A stretch of DNA of 62,929 nucleotides, filler included, from Alcyonidium flabelliforme (taxonomy: Eukaryota): assembly GCA_026167845.1 (NCBI GenBank). It is 25 parts of 25 records of this genome, joined end to end, with 100 filler letters (N's around TTAATTAATTAA, not from the genome) between each part and the next. Parts side by side here need not be neighbours in the genome. Positions count along the whole stretch, not along the records: positions 34,539 to 36,920 come from JAOQFJ010000041.1; positions 37,021 to 39,397 come from JAOQFJ010000042.1; positions 39,498 to 41,847 come from JAOQFJ010000043.1; positions 41,948 to 44,281 come from JAOQFJ010000044.1; positions 44,382 to 46,712 come from JAOQFJ010000045.1; 20 more parts are not named here. The stretch is one strand, 5' to 3'. Positions 34,698-46,681 of the stretch are shown piece after piece (the first letter of the stretch is position 1; every line of letters starts with the position of its first letter). The position numbers and the translations under genes were made by a program. The notes beneath the pieces were generated by a model. The model saw nothing but the letters and a program-made list of their open reading frames with translations. It had not been told where the DNA came from and ran no database searches.

Positions 34698-35438
34698 TTA
34701 CGGCGCGAGCTTGTACTCAGTAAAGCGCATCGTTGGCTTGCCCGTATCTTTGATGAGCGGCCCTGATAAACCACCTTCCCACCAGTCGTCACTAAACCAG
34801 TTGATATCGCTATCACTAGACAAGTCAGCATGTGGCATGTCCAAGATGCCATCTTGACCAGAGATACGGTCTTTGCCATCCAAATACATCTCAAGCGGTA
34901 AAGACGTCAGCGTGTTTGCATCGATTTGATAGCCTGCTGAGCCAACTGTTGAGCCGCTATATGTAATGACTGCGCCCGGCTCGAGTGTGCTATCAGCCGT
35001 AAACTGGATCATACCCAAGCGAGGGTTGACCTTATAAGTACTGGCATCAATGACGACATCGGTCGAATCAGTCAACACCAGCTGCGTCTCATCGATATCA
35101 CGATGAGCAAGCTTTAGCCAATTCAGACCGACGGTCAGTGGCTCATCCGCAAATACAACAGGCGTGGTCGATAGGTCAATCGCTTCACCCATCATGACTC
35201 GCGCCATCGCCGTCTTATCAAAAGTATTAAACTTGATAGCCAGTTCGGTGGCGCCAGGGATACTTTCGTTTTCGATGACTTCGCCATACTCACCGCGACC
35301 AGTGCTGGTCAGTTGGTCGCTGTCAGAGTCTTTACTGGTCGATAGCTCAGTGACGTTACCCACTAAGATAAAGCCATCCATCGTGCCGTGTTTGCGAGCG
35401 TACAAGTCGCCGCTATACTTCTTACCTCGTTGTGCCAT
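34698..35438 (-). CDS. Phage major tail tube protein
   Basis: 246 aa, acidic, VGNVTELS motif, downstream of the neck genes. Confidence 0.7.
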   Translation of the reverse strand: MAQRGKKYSGDLYARKHGTMDGFILVGNVTELSTSKDSDSDQLTSTGRGEYGEVIENESIPGATELAIKFNTFDKTAMARVMMGEAIDLSTTPVVFADEPLTVGLNWLKLAHRDIDETQLVLTDSTDVVIDASTYKVNPRLGMIQFTADSTLEPGAVITYSGSTVGSAGYQIDANTLTSLPLEMYLDGKDRISGQDGILDMPHADLSSDSDINWFSDDWWEGGLSGPLIKDTGKPTMRFTEYKLAP

Positions 35439-35506
35439 GATCGTATTCCTTCTGGTTTAAATGTCGTTTAATGCTTACTTAACGTTTGATTGATAAAGAG
35501 CTAAAA

Positions 35507-35725
35507 TTACTTTTTGCGTTTAGCCTTGGTGCGGATGTTATTGCGCGAATTGTGTGCGATAAACAACCAATGCGCGGGATAGTCCAAAATATTAGATGAC
35601 CACATGGTATTGTCCTTATTGATAGTAAATAATAATTGATGGCAGCGCTCAACTGCTTGCGCGATTAGCATCAGCGCTTTTTTAAGGGCGTCCGCCAAAG
35701 TGAAACTTTTAAACATAGCAGACAC
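35507..35725 (-). CDS. Small phage hypothetical protein
   Basis: ORF begins 3 nt after the upstream stop. Confidence 0.45.
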   Translation of the reverse strand: MSAMFKSFTLADALKKALMLIAQAVERCHQLLFTINKDNTMWSSNILDYPAHWLFIAHNSRNNIRTKAKRKK

Positions 35726-35728
35726 CTA

Positions 35729-36202
35729 TTAATTATCAGAAAGTATGGCCACTTCAGCAGTGAAGCGCAGCGGGAAAAAAGCAAAGCCATCTTCGTATTG
35801 GATCGGCAGTGGTGGACGCGACTCGAATGGATCAGTCACCAACGCACGGCCTTGTTCATCGCTTGGATCAAAACCTTGCAGCGCTTTTGATAGCGCGGTC
35901 AGTGTTTGACCGACACCATCGGTAGCAGGATTAGGGGTGAATTGCTGCTTAGTCAATATCACACTAAAGCCAATCTCAATCAGCTGCTCACGTCCTTTGC
36001 CATTGCTGGCGGTTGGCGTATAACCGTCCAAGATGAGATAGACCGCACCATCGAGCGGGACTTGCTTACGCTGAGCACCGCTAATGGCTGCAAAGTCAGC
36101 AGCTTCTAGCACACGCTTGACTTGCGATACTTCCCGTAAACGCTCAAGCACATATGGATAGCACGCCAAGGCGTTGTCGTTCCATGCCGGTACATTAGCC
36201 AT
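35729..36202 (-). CDS. Mu gp37-like tail terminator protein
   Basis: Position after the morphogenesis gene; C-terminal FAFFPLRF. Confidence 0.65.
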   Translation of the reverse strand: MANVPAWNDNALACYPYVLERLREVSQVKRVLEAADFAAISGAQRKQVPLDGAVYLILDGYTPTASNGKGREQLIEIGFSVILTKQQFTPNPATDGVGQTLTALSKALQGFDPSDEQGRALVTDPFESRPPLPIQYEDGFAFFPLRFTAEVAILSDN

Positions 36203-36644
36203 TGACTACTCCTGCCATAAAGTCGTTCATTAAGTCCAGCACGTCGGTACGGTCATCGACTGATATGCCAAATATCGGACGGGCTTCCATACGTTCAGAG
36301 CCGTCGCTATTCTTAGTGCCTGTTTGATGATACTTGGCATACGGTCTATCTGTACCGACTGCCGCCGAGGAGCTATTGGCGTAGCTGGTGATAGAGCGCA
36401 TCAAGTCGCCATATTCAACCATCTTACTACCGCGACCTTTTTTAGCTTTGAGAGTAGATGGCTTGAGGTCTGCCCATGTACTGCCGTCAGGCGCGGTCTT
36501 GGTGCGGAATCTGTCACGGCTGCTGTTTTCAATGACGGCAGCGACGCCACGCATGAGCGGTGTTAAGTCGCCATTCAGCTTGAGATAAATCTCGCCAACC
36601 TTGTCACGCAGCTCTGGCAATTGACTATCGACATTGATTTGCAT
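36195..36644 (-). CDS. Phage virion morphogenesis protein (Mu gpG/P2 gpS family)
   Basis: APDG.TWADL, VGTDRPYAKYHQ.G and ARPIFG motifs. Confidence 0.85.
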   Translation of the reverse strand: MQINVDSQLPELRDKVGEIYLKLNGDLTPLMRGVAAVIENSSRDRFRTKTAPDGSTWADLKPSTLKAKKGRGSKMVEYGDLMRSITSYANSSSAAVGTDRPYAKYHQTGTKNSDGSERMEARPIFGISVDDRTDVLDLMNDFMAGVVNG

Positions 36645-36646
36645 AA

Positions 36647-36920
36647 TCAGTCCTGGTAAATATTCGGTACCGGATTTGGTATGACGCTGATACCACCGCT
36701 CGCCGTTGGCTGCTCAGCGATAGGCCCAGTGAGCATCGTCGGGTCTTTTTTGACCTTATCGAGCCACTTGATCGCATCGTCATAGCGCTTTTCGACCGTT
36801 TCAGTGACGCCATTGTCGTACAGGTTGTAGCGAGCAATATTGCACGTATGCAGTGCTAAATCAGAGGGTAGATCAGCGCCATTACGATAAACGACATTAC
36901 CCAAAGCGTCTTTGCTGACT
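36647..36920 (-). CDS. Mu gp36-like (DUF1320) head-tail adaptor, 5' truncated
   Basis: CNIARYNLY...V.KRYDDAIKWL motif. Confidence 0.8.
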
Positions 36921-37020
36921 NNNNNNNNNNNNNNNNNNNNNNNNNNNNNNNNNNNNNNNNNNNNTTAATTAATTAANNNNNNNNNNNNNNNNNNNNNNNN
37001 NNNNNNNNNNNNNNNNNNNN

Positions 37021-38083
37021 AAACGGAGGAGATGACTGGAGCACAAGCACTATAAGTGGTCTACGTATTGACTTTCCAAGGGGTCGGGGTATACGGACAT
37101 TTGATTTAGACTACATAGCAATTGGTAAGGTGGGTGCAGCCGTTGATGGGGCAGATGGTAGCCGTGGTTCCATCGAGGTTCAAATCGCTACATCAACCGG
37201 AGTTTGGTCAGACGCAACAGCAAATTCCAGCGTCCCAGGCTCACCGGTTGAGCATGACCGGGTTACCATTTATAAAGCCAGTAACCCAGCGGTGCAAACT
37301 ATTAAGCGCTATAACGGGAGGGCATGGGTGTCGTACACCCTGCACGTACACGGCAGTGCTTTAATTGAGGACACGCTAGACGCTAATGTGATACGTGCGG
37401 GGACGCGTCTTACATCCCCTCGCATCGACTTAATTGGCGATAATTTTATGAAAATAGAACTGGCAAGTGGATTTGGCCCTGATGATTTATGGTATTGGAT
37501 GGGTCCGAAGATTTATAGAAATGGGGCGCCCGACCTGGATAACTTAACTAAAGCTAACGCGAAAGAGTGGAAAGACCGCAACGCTAACAGCTTTACGGTG
37601 GGTACATTTGTTTCTGGGGCTATTTCTAATAGTGTTTCAACGACCCAACAAACCTCGACACCACTTGTGGAGCTGGCGTTTACAAGTAACGGCGGCAACA
37701 TTAATTTTGCGGTTAGTTATAGCTATCACAGAAACTATACGGGTCCTAGGGATGGGGGTATTACTTCGGTGCAATGTCCATCTAGTCCGGTAATGACGCC
37801 TGTAAGCGGCACAATCTACTTAGAAAGAAACGCAAACGGCAGTTGGGTAGTTGTTCAGAGCAAGACGGTATCAGGGACGTACAATTGTGCTAATGGCTAT
37901 TATGAAGGGGAGCGAGGCACACCAAATTCACCTTACAGAGCAGCTACCAGCTCAAGCGTCTCGTTTACGGATATCGAAAGCCCAGGATCGGGTTATCAAC
38001 TATATCGAGTTCGAGGGAGCTTAAACAACTATGTTGGCGGCAGCTTTGCTGGACACTATCTATCAGTAGCGGCCAGTGAATAA
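37021..38083 (+). CDS. Phage tail tip/central fibre protein, C-terminal part
   Basis: GADG repeat and LHVHGSALIEDTL.A motif; upstream of the fibre gene. Confidence 0.65.
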
Positions 38084-38253
38084 CTGGCCTAACAAACTTT
38101 AATTTAGCTGCGGGCTTTAAAATTAAGTCGCTAAAGGCTGAGTTTTAAAGCGGGGCAATTTACTTACCCCCAAATAACACATATATTGATACAATTACAA
38201 AAAAACACATTTATTGTTAATTTTGTAACGCACTCTATTTAAAAGGAAAACTC

Positions 38254-39330
38254 ATGGCAGCATATACAGCAAGCCAAGTAAGCGTGAATAACGGCGACAA
38301 AGCCGTTGTTATTGATAGTAATGAGAGCCCCGAGAATATATCACAGGGTGATTTTTTATATATCTCAGGGTCAGATCCCAAAGAGATTAACCGAACATAC
38401 ATTAACGAGGCTCAAAAACATGTTATCGAACTCGTTGTAAAATGGGATAGTGGCAACAAAACCGGACAGCCCGCAATTGTTATCCCGACAACGGTTAATT
38501 TTAGAGCCACCGTTGACGCCATTCAGAATGCCAACCTACTAATCAACGATAACATGCAAGCTATGAACGACTGGCAAAGCAAGCTTGGCACAGTCACGTT
38601 CATTGGTTTAGATGGCACAGAGCGCACCGTACCTACATTGGCGAGCTTTTTAGCAACGTTAGGCACTGCAGCGACTAAGGATGTGACAACAAGCGCAACA
38701 GACACAACAAGTGGAAGACTTCTTAAGGTTGGGGATTTTGGGGTCGGCACTGAAATAGGATTACCCTATACGGACAATGACCTGAATGACATTACTGCCT
38801 CTTTATCTGGGTACTTCACAAACACTACAATCAACACACCATACGCGAATGCATTTGGGACATTCTCCTATATACCGCTTGGTACTGGGGGGGGTGCAAT
38901 GATAGCAATGACAACTTCATCAAATGATGAGTCTATGTATTTCCGAGTTAAGAAGGCTAATACTTGGCTTTCTTATAATAAAGTATTAGACAGCAGAAAC
39001 ACTAATTTTAATGAGTTTGGCGGAATATCCTCAAATAAAATTGTAGCTTCAGGCGCAGCACTTAATAATAACTATATTGTTTTTTACTTACCTATCAACA
39101 GTCACTCCGAGCCAACAAGTATATCCGTTACAGGTACATTTAAAGTCACATCCATTTTAGATAATGCGCAAATAGCGACAGGTGTTAAGCCTATATTTTT
39201 TGCAGGTTCGAGCAGCAATAAAGTAGCAGCTATTGGTCTACCTTCTGCTGGAGGTTCTGGCCTGTCAATGGGCTACCCTCTTGAGCTTAGGTCTGAATCT
39301 TCAACATCAAAAATAACGGTGAACTTCTAA
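38254..39330 (+). CDS. Phage tail fibre protein
   Basis: LGTAATKDVTTSATDTTSGRLLKVGDFG fibre motif; AAGGA RBS. Confidence 0.8.
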   Translation: MAAYTASQVSVNNGDKAVVIDSNESPENISQGDFLYISGSDPKEINRTYINEAQKHVIELVVKWDSGNKTGQPAIVIPTTVNFRATVDAIQNANLLINDNMQAMNDWQSKLGTVTFIGLDGTERTVPTLASFLATLGTAATKDVTTSATDTTSGRLLKVGDFGVGTEIGLPYTDNDLNDITASLSGYFTNTTINTPYANAFGTFSYIPLGTGGGAMIAMTTSSNDESMYFRVKKANTWLSYNKVLDSRNTNFNEFGGISSNKIVASGAALNNNYIVFYLPINSHSEPTSISVTGTFKVTSILDNAQIATGVKPIFFAGSSSNKVAAIGLPSAGGSGLSMGYPLELRSESSTSKITVNF

Positions 39331-39397
39331 TGCTAAAATTTATAGATGAAAACGACTTTTTGCTAGTCGATAAATATAAGCAAAACGATGACGGTTC
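39330..39397 (+). CDS. Start of a probable tail fibre assembly protein (truncated)
   Basis: TAATG coupling to the fibre gene. Confidence 0.5.
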
Positions 39398-39497
39398 NNN
39401 NNNNNNNNNNNNNNNNNNNNNNNNNNNNNNNNNNNNNNNNNTTAATTAATTAANNNNNNNNNNNNNNNNNNNNNNNNNNNNNNNNNNNNNNNNNNNN

Positions 39498-41791
39498 CAG
39501 GGTCGGCCCACCGTCCCGTTCTTCGATCCGCGCACATTGAGCGCACGGGTCGGATCCAAGGTCGGACCCGCGGTCGGCCACGCGGCGGCTCATGCCATCC
39601 GCATTCCCATGCTTGACGCCGGGTCGGTGTTCGATATCGTAATCAAACTCGCCCAAGATTTCGAGCCATCGGGCTATCTGCCCGGAGGGTTCCTTCCGTC
39701 GGCATAGCCACAACAATGATGCATGGTCGGTGCGTAGGAGGAACTCTCGACCGTACAAGTACGGTTTGAATTGGCGGACTGCCTTGACGACCGCCAGTAA
39801 TTCGCGGCGGGTGACGCAGTAGTTGCGTTCTGAGCTAGACAATGTCTTGCTAAAGTAGGCGATGACTCTCTCCCTTCCAGCTTGGACTTGGGAGAGCACG
39901 GCCCCGACTCCATCATTGCTGGCATCCGTATCCAGTATGTACTTCAAGGCTGGGTCTGGATACCCCAAGATGGGAGCCGTAACCAAAAGGTCGCGTAACG
40001 ACATAAAAGCGCTGCGTTCGCTCGGACCGAAACTGCAGGTAACTCCTTTACCCTTCATCGTGGTCAGCGGTTTGGCACGTGTGGCGAAGTCAGGGATGTA
40101 CTGGTGGTAGTACCCCACCGTTCCCAGAAAAGCCCGCAGCTCAGTCAAGTTCCGCGGCTCAGGCCACTCCTTGACGGCCGCGATCTTCTCTGGGTCGGTG
40201 GAAACTCCGTCTTCACTCACGATGTGCCCCAAGTATTTTACTCGATGTTGGAGTAAATCGCACTTGGACGGTTTGAGTTTCAAACCGGCGCTCCTCAGCC
40301 TTCGGAAAACTTCCTCCAGGCGTTCGAGGTGCGAGTCAAAGTCGGGCGCGATCACGATGACATCGTCCAGGTACAGCAATACGGAATGCCAATGCAATCC
40401 TTGCAGCACCTGTTCCATAAGCCTCTGGAAGGTGGCCGGCGCGGAGGTCAGCCCGAAGGGTAGCACCTTCCACTTCCAGAGTCCGTCTCGTGTTACGAAG
40501 GCCGACTTCTCGCTTGCCTCCTCACTGAGGGGCACCTGCCAATACCCGGCCGTGAGGTCGAGCGTACTGAAGTACCGACTCCCTGATAGGGCGTCAAGGC
40601 TTTCATCAATACGAGGCAATGGGTAGGCATCTTGTATCGTAACGGCATTTAACTGCCGATAGTCAACGCAAAACCGCCACTTCCCATCCTTTTTACGGAC
40701 GAGCACAACCGGCGAGCTCCAAGCTCCTCCTGCCGGTTCGACCAAACGACGTTCGATCAGGTCCGCCACCTGCCGGCGGACTTCGGCCTCCTTCTCCGGG
40801 CCCAATCGGTGTGCTGGTACCCTTACGGGACGCGCGTTAGGCACTGTGGGGATGCAGTGGGTCGCGAGCGAAGTGCGACCCACGTCCATGTCATCCTTAC
40901 TGAAGACATCCGCATACCGCCCCAACAACTGTCGTAACAGCTGCCTCTCCCTGTCGTTCTTACAGGTGCTACGCGCGGCCTCGTACATACTTCCCAGGTG
41001 CGTAGGGATATGTACCTCCCTTCCATCCATCGATCCGATCTGGCGGACATCCGGGTCTCCCGCAGTCTGAGGCGCGCCGCCTACGTCCTGCTCCTCGACC
41101 CCATGGTAGACTCCCACTACCTGTCCCGCGTCAATGACCAATGGCTCCCCGCTGGGGTTCCAACAACGGACCCAAACACCTCGGTCCGTACGCAGCTGAT
41201 TCAGGCTAGCAGCGACCCAAGGGCCGCCCGACACGCCTTCAACTACACCAAGGGGGGTGACCCCCTCGACTCTCGTTCGACAGAGCAAGAGAACTTCCTT
41301 TCCAGGAAGGATCGTGGTTTTCTTATTGGACACTACCCCGCAGACCATTACTCGACCGTAACGATCTACACACGGAATCTCTTTTCCGTGCAGCCGGACG
41401 ACCGGGCGTCCGAACTCGACCACGCACTTGTGGTCGGCTAGGAACGGCATTCCTAGTATCGCATCTTCGTTGATGCTGCTAACCACAAATACGACGGCCA
41501 TCACGCTTCCGGCGATACGCACAGGCAGCTCTACAACTCCATACAGAGGAAGCGGGGAACCATCGGCCATGGTCCCGCCATCCACCATAGGTTGCAGCAG
41601 CTCCTGAGATGCCGGAGGCAGACGATTGAAGACTTGCTTGCCTAGCAAGTTGGTGGTGGCCCCAGTGTCTACCAGGAACCTCGACTCCCTTCCCGCCACT
41701 CGTCCTGCCAAATAGTAACTAGGTCTATGAGGCTTGACGGGTAGCGAAACTGTCCTTGTAGCTTGGTACCCTGATAGGGTTCCGTCGAGTC
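39498..41791 (-). mobile_element. Ty3/Gypsy LTR retrotransposon pol (protease, RT, RNase H), truncated before the integrase
   Basis: LVDTGA, WSSPVVLV, FCVDYR, LPFGL, YLDD, DTDAS, RTDH, NADGMSR. Confidence 0.93.
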
Positions 41792-42015
41792 GTTAGACCC
41801 GATTGCGCTCGCTCTCGCGGAGGCCCGACGCTCCATTTCGGGACGGTNNNNNNNNNNNNNNNNNNNNNNNNNNNNNNNNNNNNNNNNNNNNTTAATTAAT
41901 TAANNNNNNNNNNNNNNNNNNNNNNNNNNNNNNNNNNNNNNNNNNNNCTGGTTCCGCGCAACCTCAAACTTTAATCAAGCACTGTATATCTGCTTAGCCC
42001 ATACCGGGTGTAGGT

Positions 42016-43614
42016 TATATCGTACCTAAAATCCATAAGCCTGAGGTTCCAGGTAGACCCATTGTATCTTGCATAAATACGTTAACGGAAAAGATTTCAG
42101 GTTTTATTGCCAACATTCTTAAACCTGTTGCTGCCAATGTTGACTCATATGTGCAAGACACTACTGATTTTCTCAATAAACTTAGCAATATTGATATACC
42201 TAATAATTCGTTACTTGTAACCATGGACGTCAGCTCGTTGTATACTAACATTCCGCATTTAGATGGCATTGATGCTGCTGTCACTTATTATGAGGAATTT
42301 TACAATGTTGAAGAACTCCCTATACCCGGTGCTGATCTTCATAAACTTATAGAATTTATTCTCAAACACAATTATTTTGAATTTAATGAAAAATTCTACC
42401 TACAGGTTACTGGCACTGCCATGGGTACTAAAATGGCCCCGCCATATGCTGTCATTTTCTTAGCTTGCTTGGAAGATAAATTTCTCAACGACTGTTTATT
42501 CAAACCTTCTCTTTATGTCAGGTATATTGACGACATATTCATTATATGGCCTCATGGACAAAACCATCTCGTGGAATTTCACAATTCCCTCAATCTTGTC
42601 CACCCGGACATTAAACTTGATCTTCAATATTCTGATGACCAGGTTAGTTATCTTGATACTACTGTCAAAATAATTAATAATAATATTGTCACTTCCGTAT
42701 TCCATAAACCCACTGATCGTAACACCATTCTTCATCATGATAGCTTCCATCCCAATCACATCAAGAAGTCTGTCGTTAAAAGCCAGGGTATTCGCTGTCA
42801 TCGCATTTGTAAACTCAATACTGATTCCGAGAATGAACTTAAAGAACTTGCTCATAAATTTACCCATCGAGGTTATTCTGAACCTGAGGTTACTCAAATT
42901 TTGGAAAATGTTTCTCATATTCCTAGAGCGAATCTCTTAAAGGCCAACAACCACAAAGACACTCATAATAAATCTGTCAGATTTATTACTAATTTCCATC
43001 CGTATGTTAATGACAGTCTTCGTAAGATGTTCAAAAACCTTAACCCTATACTAGAACATGAATCTCTTGCTGGTGTTTTTCAGGATACCCCCTGCATTGT
43101 TAACCGTCAGCCTCCTAACTTTAAACGTATTATTGTTTCTAGTAAATTTTGTAGTTTGGATTCTTCGAATAAGGCTGGAACTTATAAATGTAACAAACCT
43201 AGATGTCTTACTTGCAATCATGTAAGTAATGAAACTACTCTTAGATACCACGGACGTACTCTGTATATCAAAGGTCATTATTCATGTAGCAGTACTAATG
43301 TTGTTTACCTTATTCGCTGTAAAAAATGTATCGACGCCTGGTATTTTGGAGAAACGTGCAATGCTCTCCACATACGTTTGAATGGTCACCGCCAAACTGT
43401 TACTCATAACAATACGTCTTTACCCATTGGTGAGCATTTCAATTTGCCAAATCACAGTTTTGATGACCTCACTATTTTAGTTGTAAAAGACAATTTTGTT
43501 GACATTCATTCCCGTCAAAAATGTGAAATTGAAAATATATTGAAATTTGGTACCAACAATTCTGGTCTCAATAGAGACATAGGTTTTATGTCTCATTATA
43601 AGGCATTCGTATAA
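42016..43614 (+). mobile_element. Penelope-like retroelement ORF (RT plus GIY-YIG), 5' truncated
   Basis: PKIHK, GRPIVS, MDVSSLY, GTAMG, RYIDD, C..PRC.TC, NVVY...YFGET, GLN. Confidence 0.9.
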
Positions 43615-43883
43615 ATCATAATTTGTATTTGTCACAGTGCCTCTTTAATTGTACTTATATTTCGTGTTAGTGTTCCTTTAATTTTTGTGTGGTAGTGTTC
43701 CTTTAAGAAATTGTTTTCCTTGCAGGGGTTCATGCCTGGTTGACTTCTGTTTGTGAGTACCATTCAAACTATTCCTTTGTGGTATTTTCACACGTTATTC
43801 ATCCAGTCATGGACTCTTGTATGGTTTTGTTATTATTATGTAATCTAGCCCTGTGCTCTTCATTCCTGTTTGTACTTGTCATT

Positions 43884-43920
43884 ACCCAGTGACCAAGCCT
43901 TGAGGCGAAACTGTTTGGGT
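43884..43920 (+). ncRNA. Degenerate minimal hammerhead-like motif in the Penelope pLTR
   Basis: ACCCA-GTGACCA-AGCC-ttga-GGC-GAAA-CTG-TT-TGGGT. Confidence 0.5.
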
Positions 43921-44381
43921 TTTTATTCTTCAAATATATACATCTTTTATACCGGATTTCGTCTTTAACTTCGTTTTTATCTATTTTATTATGCGTCCGG
44001 TAACGGCTATACTGATTTTAATCGTTTTAGAAATAAAGCCGGTCGTCTAATTTTCGCAAAAACCATTTGGGTGGTGATTTCGACAACTTAAAAGAAAAAA
44101 TCTTTTAAGTTATTGTCAATAATTTAATTAAAATGTGAATGAAAAATGGCATTTTTTAACCGTAAATCCCAGACGCCAGGAGGCCGGGGAAAAGTGTATC
44201 CACACGAATTTGAAGCCTCTATGACTTTTTATATCAGCATGTAAAAACGTGTTGTATTGTTATGTAACGTCTCTTCAATTTNNNNNNNNNNNNNNNNNNN
44301 NNNNNNNNNNNNNNNNNNNNNNNNNTTAATTAATTAANNNNNNNNNNNNNNNNNNNNNNNNNNNNNNNNNNNNNNNNNNNN

Positions 44382-45018
44382 CAGTATTTTGTTGCTGCAG
44401 TTCCTTAAATTCTAGATTTAGTTTTTCTAGCTTTTTCTCGAGTTCAATTACATGTTCTTTGTCAGTTTTAGGTTTGCCATGTTTTACCCCTAGATTGCCA
44501 AAACCTCCTGTGGTCGCTGGCGGTGATGAGTTGTCCAACTCATTATCATTACTACACTTTGATATATATCTTTTCACCTGTTCGATTGGGAACAATAAAT
44601 TTTTTACACTTATACAATTAGTATCACCATCGCAGTAGCTATCATGACCGGCAAAGTCTTCAAAGCGGTCATAACCGTAATCCTCTAAAGAAACAAAAAT
44701 ACCTTTATTCTCTTTACCTATTTCCTCATAAATATAAGCAGTACTTGTAACGACTGTTTCTGTAAGCTGAAATAATAAGTTAGTTAAAGCTGGCAAGGTA
44801 AGATAACCATTGAAATCTCTTGTAAGTTCTTTGATGTACGTAGGAAGTTCGCGTTCGTTAGCAAGCCCTTCATTGATATATTTATCGTAAGAGAATACTG
44901 GAGTTACTTCTCCACGCCTGCATAAATCTGCAAGTTGTGGTGAGCCAAAAGGTAAAAGCGTTTCAGGTAGGTTTTTTTGGAATACTTCTAGAGTTTGCTC
45001 TAAATTATAGTAGCTCAT
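44382..45018 (-). CDS. Island hypothetical protein downstream of the integrase (3' truncated); likely start at MSYYN
   Basis: Open ORF in the position typical of P4-type islands. Confidence 0.7.
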
Positions 45019-45056
45019 AATCACACGCCTTGACTCACACACCTTTGAAAAATAGG

Positions 45057-45122
45057 TGCAAGGCATGCCAGCCTAGGCGTGTGAAAATGGCTGGCGTTCG
45101 GGTAATTAGTCCTAGCCTTGCA
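45057..45122 (-). ncRNA. Structured RNA between the integrase and the next gene (int-alpA-like motif)
   Basis: Outer stem TGCAAGGC/GCCTTGCA, inner stem GCCAGCC/GGCTGGC, TAGG...CCGAA core. Confidence 0.6.
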
Positions 45123-45141
45123 TAGTTGTTATAGCAGAGTG

Positions 45142-46506
45142 TTATCCCTGCTTTTGTTCTGCATGTTTGAAGTTTGCATAGATAACATTGTCTATCTTAT
45201 TGGCTCGCATCTTGTCGATATAGTCCGCCCATTCATCCATCATCTTGGTTCTTACTTCGATAAACTTAAAACGGCTATATGCTCTGCCATACTTATTAAT
45301 CATCTTATGCCCTAGCTGCATTTCAGTAATGAGTTCGTCATAACCTAGGCGCTCCATTTGCATAGTCTTGGCGCTGGCACGAAAACCATGTGGTGTATGT
45401 ACGTCTAGATAGGTTTTACCATCATTGCCATAGTGGTTAAGCGCGTAATTAATCCTGCCAGTAGGCAATATTCCTTTCTTGTTTTTTGGACTATGAAATA
45501 CAAATTCATGGTTGCCTGTTTGTTTATGCTGTTCTTGCAATATGGCAATGGCTTGCGGTGCCAGTGGTATTACTAATTCATCTACCATGTCCTTACGCCC
45601 TTTGCCTTTCAATGGTTCAAAAGTCCATTGTTTAGCGTTGAAGTCTATATCAGCCCATTTCATAGCGCATATGTCACCTACGCGAGCATAAGTTAATGCT
45701 AATAGTTTTAAGGCTGTGATTGTTGAGGGCTGCCTAGGGGTCATTTGGTCAATATCTCTAAGCAGTTGACCGAACTCACTAGGAGTAGTGATTGCTGGCT
45801 TGGGCTTATTGGCTGATGCTTCTAAACTTCTACTAGGGAATGCTCTTACTGGGTTCAGCTCTACCAGTCCACGATTGACAGCATGGTCAAAGACATAGTT
45901 CAGCACTGTCTTTGCATCTTGTCCTACTTCTATACCGCGTTCCTCTTGCAAGTCTTGGCAGAATGTTAATAGCATAGTCATCTTTAATTGGTCTATAGGT
46001 ACATCAGCCAACTTAGCATTGATATATTTCAGCATTCGATTGTAGGTTTTTAATGTAGATACGCTAGGCTTTTTGCCTACAGCTAATCTACGCTCTAACC
46101 ACTGTTCAGCAACTTTCTTAAAAGTGTTGTTATAGCTGTTTTCAAGGTTTCTTTGTTGCTGCTCTCGGTGTTCTTTTGGGTCGATACCGTCAGCCAATAG
46201 AGATAAATTATCGTAATACAGCTCTTTAGCACGCTTCAAACTGACGGCTGGATAGTCACCTATAGATAAGCGCGTTCTTTTGGTTCTTATGATGGGGTGA
46301 GTGTAGCGGTGCCTAAACTCTCTTTTGCCACTGGGTCTAATTCTCAATAGCAAACCATCGCACCCAGCTATGTTGATTTCGTAGTCTGCACTCATCAAAG
46401 GCTTAGCTTTTATTTGCTTATCATATTCAATAGGTTGCAAGCGTACTTGCTGATGGTCTGCGGACTCGTCTTTGATAGATGGTAGATTATTGGACTGCTT
46501 AGCCAT
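45142..46506 (-). CDS. int: P4-like tyrosine integrase with an arm-binding domain; likely start at MAKQ
   Basis: GLLLRIRPSG..IGDYPAVSL arm domain; catalytic R (ARVGD), HGFR, LGH and RAY. Confidence 0.92.
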   Translation of the reverse strand: MAKQSNNLPSIKDESADHQQVRLQPIEYDKQIKAKPLMSADYEINIAGCDGLLLRIRPSGKREFRHRYTHPIIRTKRTRLSIGDYPAVSLKRAKELYYDNLSLLADGIDPKEHREQQQRNLENSYNNTFKKVAEQWLERRLAVGKKPSVSTLKTYNRMLKYINAKLADVPIDQLKMTMLLTFCQDLQEERGIEVGQDAKTVLNYVFDHAVNRGLVELNPVRAFPSRSLEASANKPKPAITTPSEFGQLLRDIDQMTPRQPSTITALKLLALTYARVGDICAMKWADIDFNAKQWTFEPLKGKGRKDMVDELVIPLAPQAIAILQEQHKQTGNHEFVFHSPKNKKGILPTGRINYALNHYGNDGKTYLDVHTPHGFRASAKTMQMERLGYDELITEMQLGHKMINKYGRAYSRFKFIEVRTKMMDEWADYIDKMRANKIDNVIYANFKHAEQKQG

Positions 46507-46538
46507 TTCGTACTCCTTCCAGTGGGTACCGTGATAGT

Positions 46539-46681
46539 TGGTGCCCAATATGGTGCCCAGTAGTAGAGTGTTTAGACAAGTTCCTAGGCGTTATCATAGG
46601 TTATATGATACTGGCTTAGTCCTTTATTTACAATGGCTTTGAAAGTTATTGTAGAGTATAGGGAGTTACTAGGCGTTATCA
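46539..46681. promoter_or_regulatory. Candidate att-arm repeats upstream of the integrase
   Basis: TGGTGCCCA twice (46539, 46551); AGTT(C/A)CTAGGCGTTATCA twice (46579, 46664). Confidence 0.55.
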
